A stretch of 64,000 nucleotides of DNA, from assembly GCF_964204645.1 (NCBI RefSeq), contig NC_134028.1, positions 9,672,001 to 9,736,000 on the forward strand, written 5' to 3'. A program made the translations under genes and the position numbers. The DNA comes from Tubulanus polymorphus. Its lineage: Eukaryota > Animalia > Nemertea. Shown here one piece after another: positions 49,401-63,003 of the stretch. The notes beneath the pieces were generated by a model, which was not told the origin of the DNA, did no database searches, and saw only the letters and a list, made by a program, of their open reading frames with translations. Numbering within the stretch: position 1 is the first letter of the stretch; the number at the start of each line of letters is the position of its first letter.

Positions 49401-52400
49401 TAAAGGTCGAGGTTTCAAAAGAATGATTCATCTTTGTCCTGATTTTCTCGGTAAACGGAGACTTCAATTCTTAAGCCTATCTGTGCACATTGAGTAATGA
49501 ACCTGAAATATGAAACAGATTTGCATTTGTGTTTAAATGATTCAGTTTGCATGCTAAATCGCGCGGAGCCAAATGAGAAACAAACCTACAGCACCAATGG
49601 CGATTAGAAAAGTAGCAATTATACACATTATATCAAAATGACGGTTGATTTTATCGGTCATGTGATCTGTGCAGTGTTACTCATGGTTATTGAATCGCTA
49701 CTCCACCCATTGCACACAACAATCGTAAGGAATTTTTCGGGTTTCACTGAACCGACAGGTTCAGGTATCAAAAACTGTGTTTTGTGTTTCGAAGCATGCA
49801 TACCGTCACAAAACAAGCAAGAAAAGTATTTCATCTTTCGGGTTCATGTATCGCTGGTTGTTCTAGGCTTTGCTGTGACACTATCGACTGTAAACATTGT
49901 TGTGCAAAATGTTCTGAATTTGAATTGTAGATAAATTAAGCCACCAGATGGCGTATAGTCCACCGGTTGAGGACGACAGTGGTTCGAGGCGTGATAGTAA
50001 CGACACTCCTTCTAAAGATTCTGGTATAAATATCAACCCGGGTAAGTTATTCATATTTACCTAAAGGCGTTGCAACTGTGTAGCATGTTTATGTTTATGT
50101 TTATGTGCTTTAAGTGTTGCATGGTTTAATGTCGTATTACATTTTTTCGATGAATACTTTGTTTATGCTCATTTTGGCACAGCGGGCTAATGCGTTCCCT
50201 TTTCAACTGCCTGTTACCTCATCTGTAGATGGAGTCAAGTTTTACTGGGGAATTTTTCGACACCTTTGATGGGTTGCTGTGATATAGAACACGTGCCCCA
50301 GATTTATATGTACATGTACCTCAAATTATATACACTTTCCTCAGGCTTAATCGAAAAAATATTTTGAAATCAATTCTTTTAGATAAATCTTGTTACTTAG
50401 AATCTCAAGTACCTCATGAAGCATAATACAATATATTTATACCAGTACTTCTATGTGCATTATCTATCTTGTTAGTACTATCTATTGGGCATCATGACAG
50501 AATAATGCAACAATATTATTGGTTCACTGTTATACAAACCTCATAATTTATAGGATACCAAGGTAGGTAGCACAGTGAGCACTATTTCAAACCTTTCTGC
50601 AAAAATGAAAACAGCCTTGGAAAATCCGAGGTCTAATGTATTTGGTTAATACATTCATCTACCCCTAAGCATAACTGTGCCCCTAGAATTAGGTCAATCT
50701 GAATAACATGGCCGACTGGCAGCAATTTTTCTAAGCAAAAATTGTCACTTTTCATTTATTTCTACATTTTCATGGGGTATTTTGAAAAACTTTTAATCAG
50801 TTATTTAAAAGTTTGGTAGTTATGTGTATTCATTACATTTCACATATTGCATTTGCCAAGGGCAACTTTCTTCAGCAGTTTCCCTTGGAAATCACCTTTA
50901 TCAACCAGTCACGGCTAAAATGTTGACTGTAGCATGACGATATGTGTTCATTTGCATTTGGGAAAATTGAAAAATCACCCGTGAAATACTTGGGAAAACA
51001 TTGTGAATTTTGAATTCATATAACTGTGGGAACCATGCCATGTTAAACCTTTGTCAATCTTAATCAAATGGCATCGTCACACATTCCTTGTGTGTAGATG
51101 AAGAAAGGTATTTGGTACAGTTGCATCCGCTTGATTCAGGTCATTTGGGACCAATAAAATTCATCTGATTTACCGGAAATCTGGATTGAAATTTATGTTG
51201 TATATCAATGAACAAATGGACTGCAAATATTGTCCGGATTAAGCTGATCCGGCTTAAGCGGGTTTGACTGTAGTATCAATAGACTATAACGAACTTTGTA
51301 TTTAAGATGAGGACGATTGTTTCATGTTTACATTTCCCAAGGAGATTGTGGTTATTGAAATTTCCTGATCGTCAAGCATTTCGTATTTTTCCTGTTCCCA
51401 AGCAGGCATGGTCCCTAGGCCGTATGGCCTGATACTGATTTGTAAATATGTACTGATACTAAGACAGCTTTTATGCATATGGTTACTATGGTTTCAGAAG
51501 AGGAAGATGAAGAATTGATGCAGATTGCGTTCAAGCCTCCGTCTCCTATCGATTTGTTGCAGGGGCGAATTCCGTCTGCCATACCATGTCCAGGCATTAA
51601 CCCTAAAGTTCCAACTCCAGTTGATCTTATTAGATTCACTCATTCACCTCTACCTATTATAGGTAGGTGTCACAAACGGCCCCTAGTCTTTGGTACTAAC
51701 AATAACTTCTGGGTTATGATTTCATTTCAAGGAATTTCTTGGTGATTTAGGCACTAACCACAATCATACACTTTATCCTGCCACCTATTGAATGGTTTAG
51801 GTACTAACAGATACTACTTGCAGTCCAACCCACCTCTCGTATATCTGGCCCCTATTACATTTCCTATAATATTGTAGCGTCCTGACACCACAAGTGTGCC
51901 AGAATTCGCCGAGATTGTTACTTTAAAACATAAACTACCTAACAAATAGACCAGAAACACTTAATAAATCACTGCACAAGATTGCATTTAGTTTCTGCGT
52001 GGGTTTCTTCCAGGCTGCAACTGTACGGCTTGCTTTTATTTTTTGTCTCTTTGTTGTTTGTTGTATATATTAATTGTTTGTTATATACTAATTGCTTGCT
52101 GTGGTTTCGGTTTTTTCTACTTAAAGGTCATTAGCACATTGATTTTTCAAATTCCTATTTCACAGTTTATATTAATACAATTTAAACATTACTTGTCACA
52201 AGTGAAGAACACGTTGTGTTTCACTGTATAGTTCAGTGAAGTGACTCGAATGACCCATTTGATGCACGTCTGCTGCTGAAATTATCTGCTAATTACACGT
52301 TAAGGCACATTCTATTCAGTTCACTGCTATGCCGGTGTTTTTAACCCCTTTAAGGTTTCAATGGTTTCCGGATTCCATTTTCCCAGGGTTTCAATTAATA

Positions 52401-54901
52401 GCACAAAATTCACAATTTTCACTTGGATAAATTTCGCCTTACCTGGCGCTGCCATGGTTGTTTTGAATGAAGGCTCTAAAGCCGGGCGTAGGTCGGCCTT
52501 GCGTCGGCTTGCGACTCACTCCGACTGCAATCGCGTCGCAACGACCAACCGACCTACGCTACCTTGCGACCACCAGCGACGGGTTGCGACTGCCAGAGAC
52601 GCCAGTCGCAATGAGTCGCACATGTTCTACTTTCTGCGACGAAACGCGACTGTCGCAACCGACCTACACGCTCTTGCGACTGGGAGCAACTAGTTGCACA
52701 CAGTCGCTGACAATCGCGTCGCAACTGACTTACGCCCCCTCTTGCGATGCGACGATCGCGTCGCGTCGCAAGGTCAACCTAGGCCCGGCTTAAGGCTAAC
52801 GAAACAACAGCTGGAGCGTATGATTATGTCCGAAAAACTTAGTGATTGGTGTTGACTTGAGCTTGAATATATGTCCATAACCCTTGGAGAATGAATGGGC
52901 GTATTGGACTGAAAGATACGTCCAAATCCTTTCATCAAAGCAGAATGAAAGTATTTTAGTTACTTCAGTCCGTCAATAGAGTACCCGGTAGTGTTAATTT
53001 GCCAATGGCGTTTAATTCTACGTGTATCATTTATACTTGATAATCAGTTCGTATTTTATTGTCAATATTATTATAGAGGCAATTACAATGATGAGTGAAG
53101 ATGAAAAGAATCGCCAGCGGTCGCCCTTGGTGCGAACACCCGTTTCTGATTTGCTACAATTTACGGCTCAGTACATTCCAGGATCACCGCAGGTACGTGC
53201 ATAAATCTTGGATTAGACTTCACGCATCTGCTACTAGTTACAAATACAGCACTAGTGTATAAGTCATTAGTTATTTTGATTAATCGTCAATTTGATCATC
53301 AAATTGGGTTATGGAATTAGGGTTAAAAAGGTCCTTGAAAGTAATGGAATTAGACTGGTCATGGAGACTATGAACCCGGCAGTAGACTTATCTTAATTTC
53401 CCTGTCTATTGCTTGCTATACAGCCTGATTCTGCCATGTGTTTTGAATTTATAACTATGGATAAACCCTGAGTTTTCTGATATGATTTCTAAAAGATAGG
53501 CATTTTAGTGGCTGATCAAGTCACTTAAAGTATCGAATGAACATTTCGAAGATTTTTCATTCGCAAAAATAGCAAATTCTCGGCTGATTTAGTGCATTGT
53601 TTATCACTAACCCTAAACAACGGCACATGCACAGAACGTCCTTACTGGACACAAAGCCTGGTTGAAAAGCCACCTCCGGCCCAGTCTTAATAGAAAATAG
53701 GAATAACCCTTTACAGAGTAAGGGGTTGTTCACACTTGATGCGTTTTCTGTTCATTGTAACAATTCTAGCAAATCCACGGTTGCAGTTTGGTTCTAAAAT
53801 ATCGATGTGCTGCCTAATTTGGGAAGTTTTTCTAAAAAATAATTATTTGCCTAACAAATCTTTAGGATCAACTGTGGTCCTGAAAGTACTTTACTGTTCG
53901 CTCTTGGTAGAACAAATTGTAACCATTTGAATATACACAGCTGATATTTTGCTGCAATTAATATTGAAAGTTTCGTGCATCAACTCTTAGTTGTTTAGAA
54001 GTACTGGGAGAAAATGTGCAAAATTTCATTTCCACCACGTTCTAGTTTGTTTCTGTATTTTTCCACCTGGAAGCATTGAATACTGGAACTGTTGTCAAGC
54101 ATTTCACAAAGTGGGCTTAATGACCATGGACCCCTAGTTACTTTGATTCTCAATTTTCTATAGAATGAAGCAGCATCTACACGTTTATATACGGATGCAT
54201 TCGGAGGACAGTATCACCTGCCACAGACTCCTCTATCCGTCTATACTACTGATAATCCCGGTAAAGCTATACTGGCGATGATATCGCCTCCATGCAGTAC
54301 CCCGGTCTCGGCGAGATCGCTGTCACCAGGCTACGATAAATCGCGCTCCGATTGTAGTTCGTTAGATGAGAACAACGAACACGTGCGCAACGTGCTGGCG
54401 TTACTGTCGCCGCTTAAGCCGGAGGGAACGCCGGATAGATCCGTCGTTGAGGCGATACCCGCAGAATCAGTCGGCGGAGAGATAGCAACCAAGGACAAAG
54501 ATCGGGAGAACGAATCTCAACAAGCAAATCTTAATCGCAGACAACGTCGATTGGATTTAGACCAGGAGTTGGTAGCGACGGTCGAGGGAGAGATCGTCGA
54601 GAATTTTGTCGCGTACGAGGACGTCGCGCCGACCCTGTCGGACGGCGATAAATCGTCGTTTGTAAAATCGATCGTAACTCCGTTTTCGGCGCTTACCGTT
54701 GATACTAAAACTACCGATACCGATATCAAGAATGTACTAGCGATGCTGTCGCCTAAGAATACTCCCAACCATTCCGATATAGACAGCGATTTAGACAGCA
54801 GTCGTAGCACTCACAGCAGTCATTCTCCTAAATCGGGTACACCTAAAAAATCTCGTATCGCCGCTAAATTTGTCGTTCCAATAGAACAGCGTTCTAGTTA
54901 A
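31475..54901 (+). CDS. MARF1: Meiosis regulator and mRNA stability factor 1 / Limkain-b1 (NYN RNase, two RRMs, multiple LOTUS/OST-HTH domains), ~22 exons, first exon(s) not located
   Basis: NYN exons 31475-31671 ([12 protein letters not shown]), 34285-34402 (KNAADDKL) and 34840-35003 (SGDVNF...DLRHRH); RRM1 36810-36988 and 38328-38449 ([10 protein letters not shown]); 39023-39195; 41174-41941 and 42401-42579 (RRM2, [12 protein letters not shown]). LOTUS exons at ~43571, 43887, 44415, 44946, 45196 ([23 protein letters not shown]), 45700, 46847, 47496, 48454 and 49183; tail exons at ~49931, 51498, 53077 and 54164-54901 (TAA). Confidence 0.95.
31921..33711 (+). mobile_element. 5'-truncated non-LTR retrotransposon (CR1/L2 group, Crack-like) with 7-bp TSD ATTGATA
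   Basis: RT ORF, 3' UTR with AATAAA at ~33685 and a TA-rich tail; ATTGATA at 31914-31920 and 33712-33718; interrupts a HINE-family fragment. Confidence 0.9.
31949..33481 (+). CDS. LINE ORF2 reverse transcriptase domain (endonuclease domain absent), uninterrupted 510 aa
   Basis: [38 protein letters not shown] and KFLGV motifs. Confidence 0.95.
   Translation: MFPVTEIEIHDIVSQFIGKTSSGWDEIPMFIFKQSIEHICKPLMHVINNSFVTGIVPSGIKMARVVPVYKSGVINNVSNYRPISLLPAFSKLFEKAVSNRLSSFIDKHNILSCNQFGFRKGLSTSHALIAFTNYITENLDNGKFTVSIMLDLKKAFDTIDHSILLDKLYSYGIRGVAHSWFKSYLTNRLQQVSFKNYLSDVSPIPIGVPQGSILGPLLFILFVNDIVYSCNLNFLLFADDTTAINSHSDLNILQSNTNVELTKLFNWLNSNRLSANLLKTNYMLFHKKINILDDIDLVMGNVSITRNRETKFLGVIIDDSLTWNSHINKLCSIVSRNIGVLRKARRIFPRSALIKLFNGFILPYLQYCNIVWASNYVTRLRPLILLQKRAIRIASGVNFLEHTTPLFKKSYQLKLQDINVFQNSVLMYKSVHVLLPVKLSNSLIRISDLHSHNTRNSNQFRLPYYRTNIRMFSPNINCIRVWNSLPTELQQASNIDIFKRNLKRHIIGLY
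42690..43354 (+). mobile_element. Older diverged HINE-family copy without the tandem array, in a MARF1 intron
   Basis: TTTTTAGCCCACTCGGGAC start, collinear similarity to 29973-30500, ends GGGCCCCTAGTTTT. Confidence 0.6.
47818..48425. mobile_element. pogo/Tigger-like MITE
   Basis: TA|CCGTATTTTCCGGCCAATAAGCCGA ... TCGGCTTATTGGCCGGAAAATACGG|TA: perfect 25-bp TIR with TA duplication. Confidence 0.85.
52478..52791. mobile_element. GC-rich fold-back MITE (PIF/Harbinger-like)
   Basis: AAGCCGGGCGTAGGTCGGCCTTGCG / CGCAAGGTCAACCTAGGCCCGGCTT inverted ends; internal GTCGCA/TGCGAC repeats. Confidence 0.6.
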
Positions 54902-57503
54902 TCAACTAAATTTAAAAATATCACTAGTCGAATGTGACTAAACCATTGTTACGGTAGTATTTGTGATTTTGTTTTCGCCTTTAAATCTATTTGTGTGTTT
55001 TCCACTCGGTTAGTGATTTATTTTGAATTTTTGGTTTTGTTTACCAAATTGAATTGAAGGTTATTTTGTGCATGAGAAAGAACCTCCGAGAAAATTGCTT
55101 TTTCGGTCGGTTTCTCTTGACGTGTTGATTATTTTCTGCTCATTTCGATGAGAAATTAAAACTAAAGATTTAACTAACTTATATGCATGAAAATTTGCAT
55201 TGGCATCTACTTATTATTATGTTGAATCAATCGGTTTATGTTGATTAATTATGTACAACTGACCATTAATATTTTGTACTTACGTCTTTCATTTGCATTA
55301 TCGTTTTTGCAAAAAATTATTTTTGAGCTAATATGGTTGCTCACAGGTCTATCTCATAATCAAACTCTGAATGTTCGCGCTGTGATCGTGCAGCAGATTT
55401 GCGGCTAGGCAAAAAACTAATGCCTAGCATTTATATGGATCGAGTAGGCATGTTTAGTCCTGCCTACACGGATGTTCTATTATGAAATATAATAATTCTC
55501 ACTAACATGTATTATTTTCCATTGGGACCAAGAATGATTGGTTGGTTTTTTTTGTCTTTTTTTATTCATGGTGGAGCGTTTCATAATTCAGCACGAGTTC
55601 AAATGTAACAACATTGATAACCAGTTAGAGACATGATTTGCACAATTTTGAATGCGATACTGATCTCACTGAAATTTTAATTCAATGAGAACTCAATGTA
55701 AGACTGTGGAAAGCAAGGATCCACCAGGTTTGCTTGTGTGCATAATGACAACAAGGCCAGATTTCTTCTCTGATTCAATTGAAATCTATCACTAATATCT
55801 TGAATTCTACGAAAATATAAATCCTTATTTATATAGAGTTGTTCTCCAGATTTCTGCAGAATGCTGAGTTTTCGATTCAGAAGTACTATCTTCGGGATAT
55901 CGTTGATATTTCATGTTCAGCGCCATTATCAAAATTAACTTGTCGATTACACATATAGTTTTGTTGTCTGTGCGTCCATTCCTTTCCATATATCAGCTGT
56001 CAGCTTCTAAAAATAGACCTTCCTAGTAACTAGTTAGCATTAAAATCATTGGAAACTTATCACAAATTTCAATATAATTATCTGTTATTCTAATACCTCG
56101 GATTCTCTGATAGGGCATCACTCCCCTCCTTTGGACTTTGCACCACTGGTATTTGCTTCATCATTACAATGAAATAAGTCTTTATTTTTTCACCGGCAGT
56201 AGTGGCGGCATCTCTTGTTATGTATGAACCCTAAATATCAATCTAGACTTTGTTGAGAGATGTGATTTGCGAATTTCTGATGTGTGAGGCTAAAAATATC
56301 GATGAAAGTAAATCACCTGGTAGTGGTGGCACAGGGTCCTCATTGTAGATGAAAGAATGGGGTACTGACACGCTTGTCAGATGATTTATCAGGTGTGTTC
56401 TACCAAAATTAGTTAATTACCGATTACCTTTGATCTCATTTTTCAATCTCAATCCAAAAAACATGTCTAATTATACTCTGATTAATCTTGAAAATATATA
56501 TGTTGCATTATTGTAGCATCCCATTCACATGTGGATTTGAGACATAATTGTTAGATTTCAATTGAGTTTAAGAACAAATCCAACATTTCGCCAAGTGGGC
56601 ATGGTGTCCCTGTGCCCTTACTTGTTCACTAAGTCGCTTACATATGGTGCAGCATCTTAAAGTGTGACAATGTCAAAAGAGTACAAAGTAATACCATTGA
56701 AATGACTCAATGCATTTATTGAAGATTTGCCTACCTCTCCGGCCAACACAGCGTAAAGCGAGTTGCCTGAATATAAACAGTTCTTGTTTTTAAGGTACTA
56801 AGTCAACCCTGTGTGTTGGGGGATCTAGTCCATTTGGGAATAAATTCTAATGATGTCTTGTATTTATTTGTTCTAACTGTTTGTTCAATAGATCATACAA
56901 ATTTCTTCCTCTTACAGTGATACCCGTACATGTGAATGTCATCTATTTTGCCAAGGATGTGGTGAAAGTAATGATCTAATTTTATGAAAATGGCACTTAC
57001 CAAATAATACAGTCGACTTAATTCCGACCTTTTTGTACCATTAAATTTGGAATATATATGGTAGATGCCACATTATTGAGATCAATAGTCCAGTTCGAGA
57101 AATCCGGATTAAACACAGGATTTTACATGTTGTCAATAATACCCATGGGTAAATCAATTCACAAATTGTTCAACACAATTGTTATTTTTCCCATAAACCT
57201 TTTCAGTTTGCTGTAAACATGCCTTAAGCTTATTCCAGTGGGTACTGTGTTTTTGAAGAAATTTATCCTGTACCACATCTGAACACACTTAGAAATACCG
57301 ACAATTTTTATGGTACGTGGTCTCAAGAACGCTTATTTTACATTGCGAGGTTTAGTCGCCGATTCGGTCAAGACTGGTTAGTCGGATCTTAGCTACTCTC
57401 GAGTCGCCGGAGTTCCACGGTTATTTTGCACCGAATCCTTAAGTCATGTGATGTATACACGTCGTTGTTCATTGGCTACAACATTACGATCGGTCGTAAG
57501 TAC

Positions 57504-57858
57504 ACTCAGGTCACGTAAGATCCGATTAGATTGTCGTAAGGGGTCATTTATTTATTACGTACGCATTAGGGGAGGGGGAGGGGTCAGTGCAATTTGCGTA
57601 CTGTAATGCTTAATGTATATGAAAAAATGGCCGATTTTGCGTACAGAGGGGGAGGGGGGGTTGAAAAATTTAAATTTTATGCGTATGTAATAAATGAATG
57701 ATCCCTAAGAAATGTAAAATGTCCGATCGGCTTATGTCTGGTCTGCAATCAGTTTTAACGATCTAATGTGGTAAAAAATTCAATGACTGATTAATCAGTG
57801 ACTGGGTGCCTATTCCTTACGATCCAACTATCGAGTTGGATCTTATGCGACCTGAGTA
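57504..57858. mobile_element. Nested MITEs: Harbinger-like element (~57540-57706) inside another inverted-repeat element
   Basis: Outer ACTCAGGTCACGTAAGATCC / GGATCTTATGCGACCTGAGT; inner GGGGTCATTTATTTATTACGTACGCAT / ATGCGTATGTAATAAATGAATGATCCC flanked by TAA. Confidence 0.55.
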
Positions 57859-58297
57859 AGGCTTAAAACCCTCCTTTATATATACCGATAAGTGTATGTA
57901 AAATATGAATTACGTTTAATCTGGATTTCTTATAAACAGGGTTAATTTCATAGGTCCCACATGATCTTGATTAAACAGGTCTTACTCTATATTCATACAG
58001 GAGGGTTTTAATATACATTGTACTAGTCCTAGAGTAAATCACTGGGTGAAAGAAGTTAAGAGATGACCAAAGTATGCTTGGTTGTTGTTTATTCCAGTTT
58101 TAACTGACAAAGAGTACTTGTGAAAAAAGTATGGCTTGTTTACTCGCTATCATTTGGGACTGATAGAAGACAACCAGTGTCGTAAATTGATTTTTGTTTT
58201 CGTTGGTTAGGGTTTTTACTTATCCAGAAGTATAGTGGAAATCTAATGGGGTCGATGGTTTCATAGAGGACTATTCTAAGGGTGTGCTTTATGCATA

Positions 58298-59114
58298 CAG
58301 TCATACCTCGATTTAACGCCAACCTCGCCTACCGCCTGGATTTCATGGGAAAATGAACATTCGTATCTAAAATTTACAGGAACCACCCCGATTTACCGCC
58401 CTTCGCATACCACCACCGCCAACGTAATCTCCTAGTACAATCCTATAAAAATGTATTACAATATTTCCCGATTTACCGCCATCGTAAAGTTGAGTAACTT
58501 GATCTTTAATAATATTACGATACGCCACCATAAAATTATACCGATTACCTCATTTATCGATCCGATGACCTCACTTAGTTGCAAGTCTAGCCCTCCAGTA
58601 AGGTACGGTAATTAGAACTATTTCATTAGATGGCACCGACACCGAAACGAATTGAATTTACGGTTGAAGAAAAACTGGAGGAATAAAGATCCAGCGCAAT
58701 AGAAAATAGCTGACCATTATTTTCCATACGATGGAATAAGACTGTGATTTACGGCGATAATTGCGTTAAAGGCGGCATACAGTGGCGTGCATCTATTTAC
58801 GAATCAATCTGCAGAGCGATTGGTATCGTAGTATGAACAATCAATGTTGCATGTGATATGATTCCTATTCTAGCCTACGATGTTTTCCTGATGATGCACC
58901 CCGATGTTTATTATGTAAAAAGTGTTTAATTGTAAAAGGATGTTTTTTTTTCATATTTTTTTCTTTATTCATCACATCAATATACACCGTAGCCTACTGA
59001 GCAGATGATAGATTAGTTATTTGAGTGACTCGACATAAACCCCGATTTACCGTCACACTATTTACCGCCAAAATCAGGAATCCCCAAGGGTGGCGTTAAA
59101 TCGAGGTATGACTG
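58298..59114. mobile_element. Tc1/mariner-pogo-like MITE
   Basis: Perfect 24-bp TIR CAGTCATACCTCGATTTAACGCCA / TGGCGTTAAATCGAGGTATGACTG; internal CCCGATTTACCG repeats. Confidence 0.8.
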
Positions 59115-60005
59115 TGGACTGAATCCACATGTCCTCTCAGGTTAAAATACTCATGGCGCATCTTGCGGGGCAAGTCATAACTATCTGTAGCAAATTCAGC
59201 AATGTGTGTGTGTGTGTTAACACACAGTGATTTGATCCGTTCCAGGTACCAGTTAGTTAGTTACCTAATCGTTGGTGGTAAGCTTTTTATAATCTGATTT
59301 TATACCAACCTTGTGTCGAAAATATCTGATCGTGAAACTAAACCACAGACAGGTTACTGACTACATCTGGACCAGTCTAGTGGTAGTGTGAACCCCTAAG
59401 TCATGATTTCTCTAAGCTGACATAGCTGTAACGCTAATGAATATGTATGGTCTATCAAATCAGTTGATTCACTCTGTGTTGTGCGTGTTAGAATGTAACA
59501 AATTACATGTATTTGTAATAAAACCAGGCTTTAATTTCTCTCTTTTCATGATAAAAGAGTTTGATGTAATAAAAAAAATCTCATAATACGCATTTTCATT
59601 TGAATTTTTTTATTTTCGGAAAAGTAGTGTGTGAAATTCAATACATAGCACGTAACAAATATATAAGAATATTTTTTGTAAACAGTATATAAAAACAAAT
59701 GTTAGTAGATTTAAGTAATGAAACATAATATGAGTAGAGCTGAAGGAGCAGTGGCGGATCCAGCCTTAAGATCACCCGTTAGGAGCACCCCCACATGTCA
59801 ATATTTGCCTGCATGTTACTTCACACAAACATGCATCATGTTACTCTCTCGGTACTTGACGCACATGTGGACCAGAGGCACTAGAGTCTTACGGCTTGCC
59901 TATTTCCTTGGTTAAGGTTCCCAAACCCTTGTCGGCAGTTCGGCCAGCTACTCGGGAGACAATATTACTTTGATCAGTACTCGGATTCCGCCACGTGAGT
60001 GCGCA

Positions 60006-63003
60006 TCAGTTAAAGTGGAAATAATCTATGCCTTCTGTCAAATTTAATGATTCCAAATTCTCTTCAAAACATCCACAGGTCAGATCCTAAAGAAAAAAAA
60101 AACGAAAAACTTTTGAGCTGTTTGAACTAGTGCACAGATTTTCAAACTAAGTGGGGTTCATATGAAAAACTATGGTCACACTGGTTTCAAATGGATGTCG
60201 GTTAAAAACGTGTCAACATTTTGTCACCATATTGAATGGACGGTGGTGGATAGTTGTGACCATAGCTTCGACCACTGAAGGGGTGTTTCTAAATTTACTA
60301 AACGAAGTTACAGGATGGTCAATTTGGCAGATCCTGCTCAAGTACGAAACAAAACGAAATGGTCATTTTTGGGGCTGTAAATGTACTCACAGATATTTCA
60401 ACACGATCAAACTATTCGATTTTCTACGAAATATGAGTAGGAAATAATTGAAAATGCCCGAGAGAGAGCGGAAGTGTGGATTGGTGGATATTGGATTCGA
60501 ATCCGACACCGAATATGTCTGAATTTGTTAGAGTACTGTTATGTATCCTGAGAAAACAGTACGATGAGTAGGCCTACATTAGCATAAACACTGGACAATC
60601 GCACCATTTTTCTGGCAAATAATGACATGAGATTTGAACACAATATGGTGTAACTGCAGTGTAGCAAAAAATAACCATTTCTTTTTGTACTTAAGCAGAA
60701 CTTGCGGGAGAATGACCATTTTGTTTAGTTTCGTTTTGTCCTCTGGCAGGACCCCAGCTGAATATCACCGAGGTTAATAATAAAGGTAACTTACTAGTTT
60801 CATACAAATAATTACTGGAGGTTTCAACTGTGTAAAATGTACAATTGGAATTTCTGGTTTAGATTTCTCCTAAAAATAATCAATTTATTCACATTATTCA
60901 GTGATAACAATGTATACTTGATGAACTCTAAGTGACCTAGACTTACCGGGGAACCCTCAAATCTATAGATTCCTTTCTCTATTTTCTTATCATCGACATC
61001 GCAGAACATTTTCACTTTTTTCCGATTTTCAGGAGTCAATGTTCTATACAATCTACGCCCTTGTTTTCCGGCATTCCATATCGTGAAAGTATCCCATTGC
61101 GATAACACCTGTTCCTGTAACTTAGCAACTCGTAAATTCCAAATTGTTTCCCTGTAAAATATATTTTAACTGACATCAAAGATTTCAGTCTAGCTGAACA
61201 GGTCATGGAAAAATATATTTTTGCTGCAATTATAATCTTTATAATAGAAACTGGATATTGAGGGTAATGAAACCTACTGTTTGATGGAGAATGTAGTAGC
61301 ATCTGGATGATATCTATACATGAGTAAGCATTCATCTAGTCTGTGTAAACTTCCTCCGAGTTCAAGATGTTTGAAGAAAAATATCAGATCCTCAGGAGTA
61401 CCCTGAAAATTAAATCAATACACGTTCGTACAATTGGGGGAGAATGATTCCAAGTTAAATGAAAGCTGTTCAAATTGTTAGCTAATGATGTTTTGTTCAA
61501 ATTTCAGTTCATGAATTAAAACGAATTTCATGGACATTAAAGTATTACGAGATATCAACTTATAAAATCTGACTTTGGAATATAAATTTCTTTGAAAAAG
61601 AGAACGGAAATCGGGGACCATCAATATTCATCCGATATAATGAATTATCTGACTTCGGCCGATCTGACTTACGCATGGTTTACTATATGAACCTATTCAC
61701 AACATAAAATGATAGCTGTAGTAACCATAGCCATTTGTACAGCGCTTCCCCACATAAAACCATGCTCAAGTTCCAGGAAAAAATCTTCTGAGTGGTTTAA
61801 TTTGGTAAACTGTTCCACAATCTCTGGCTACATGCAGTGAACGCTCCATTTCGATATGGCATTCTGGTTCACATTTTGCCTTGTCATTACAAATCAGAAT
61901 TGCGACTATGAAGGGAAATCAATATGAAGTATGAAACCAACCAACCACCTCTATACATGCAAACCTTTCCACTTTCACTAAAACCACCAACATTGTTGTA
62001 AACATCCCTCGAACAAAACCAAGTTGGCATGACAATGGTCGGACCATGAGATGTATAAATCTGAAACATTGAAAATATGAAGATCAAGTTTTCAGAGATG
62101 AAAGGAAATTTCAGACACCACCTGAAATAGACCTACCTGCGTTTTTAACTGATGTTGGCTGATTGTATTTGCCCATTTCGTAAATCTTTCCGTTGAATCT
62201 TCAGGCAATCGGTAAAATCTACAACCAATTATCTGAAAATAAATGGTATTGTTCGGTGCTGCTGTCTGTACCCATGTGGATAAATGATGAAATTTTTTCG
62301 AGAGAATAGTTACGCTGTTAGGACGGGCTTTTGCCGCGATATATTGCTGTTCAATTCGTCCTGGTAGCATCACATCATCCTTGAAAACAACAAGAAAAAG
62401 ACTTAAGAATACGATATTTAACTCTTGATCTGACAATATCAGGGGCAGATCCAGGGCTAGCTCCAAGAGCAAACTCCCAGGGAGCACGAGCAAAACCTGT
62501 ATCCGTGACAAAGGCAGCAGTCATTGCAGGAGACCAGGGAGCCCTCCCCGGAACAAATTTCATCTATTTTTGCCATTGCGAACAGGTTTGCACCAAAATT
62601 ATGTATGGGTGGAAAATGGGACATCGGTTGAACGTCAAATCTTTGAAGGGCACTTAGGAAACTTTGACTTGTATTCTGTGGTACCGGTTAATTGGAATAT
62701 GACTACTCCATAATACTGCATAGATCCGTCCCTGAGAATTTACTTACACTGTCGAGAAAACATAAATATCTCCCATGCGATTGTTTTATGGCAGCATTTT
62801 TAGCAAAACCAACTGTAATCAAAACGGAACAATAATTTCTTTAAGGATGCTGACAGTTTGAAAGGTTATAAATGAATGCAGAATGGAACGCATACCGTAC
62901 CTCCTTTAGGAAACCCTACAGCTTTATTTTCACCGAAGACAACGTTAACCTTTTTCAGTTTGAATTGTTCAGTCCAACTTTGAATTATACTTAAGGATTC
63001 GTC
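60006..63003 (-). CDS. B3GNTL1: GT2-family glycosyltransferase B3GNTL1 (queuosine-tRNA galactosyltransferase, QTGAL), partial; 5' exons lie beyond the window
   Basis: Minus-strand exons ~62901-63003, ~62748-62813 (VGFAKNAAI...YLCFLDS), ~62308-62380 (DDVMLPGRI), ~62136-62233, 61965-62060 ([16 protein letters not shown]), 61278-61402 (GTPEDLIFF...YRYH), 60946-61151 ([15 protein letters not shown]...FCDVD), ~60795-60869 and 60006-60086 ([18 protein letters not shown]). Confidence 0.92.

Noticed and set aside
52361-52793. Two overlapping ORFs of ~110 aa in a MARF1 intron
   Set aside because: Arise from the GC-rich repetitive MITE; no splice context or domain.
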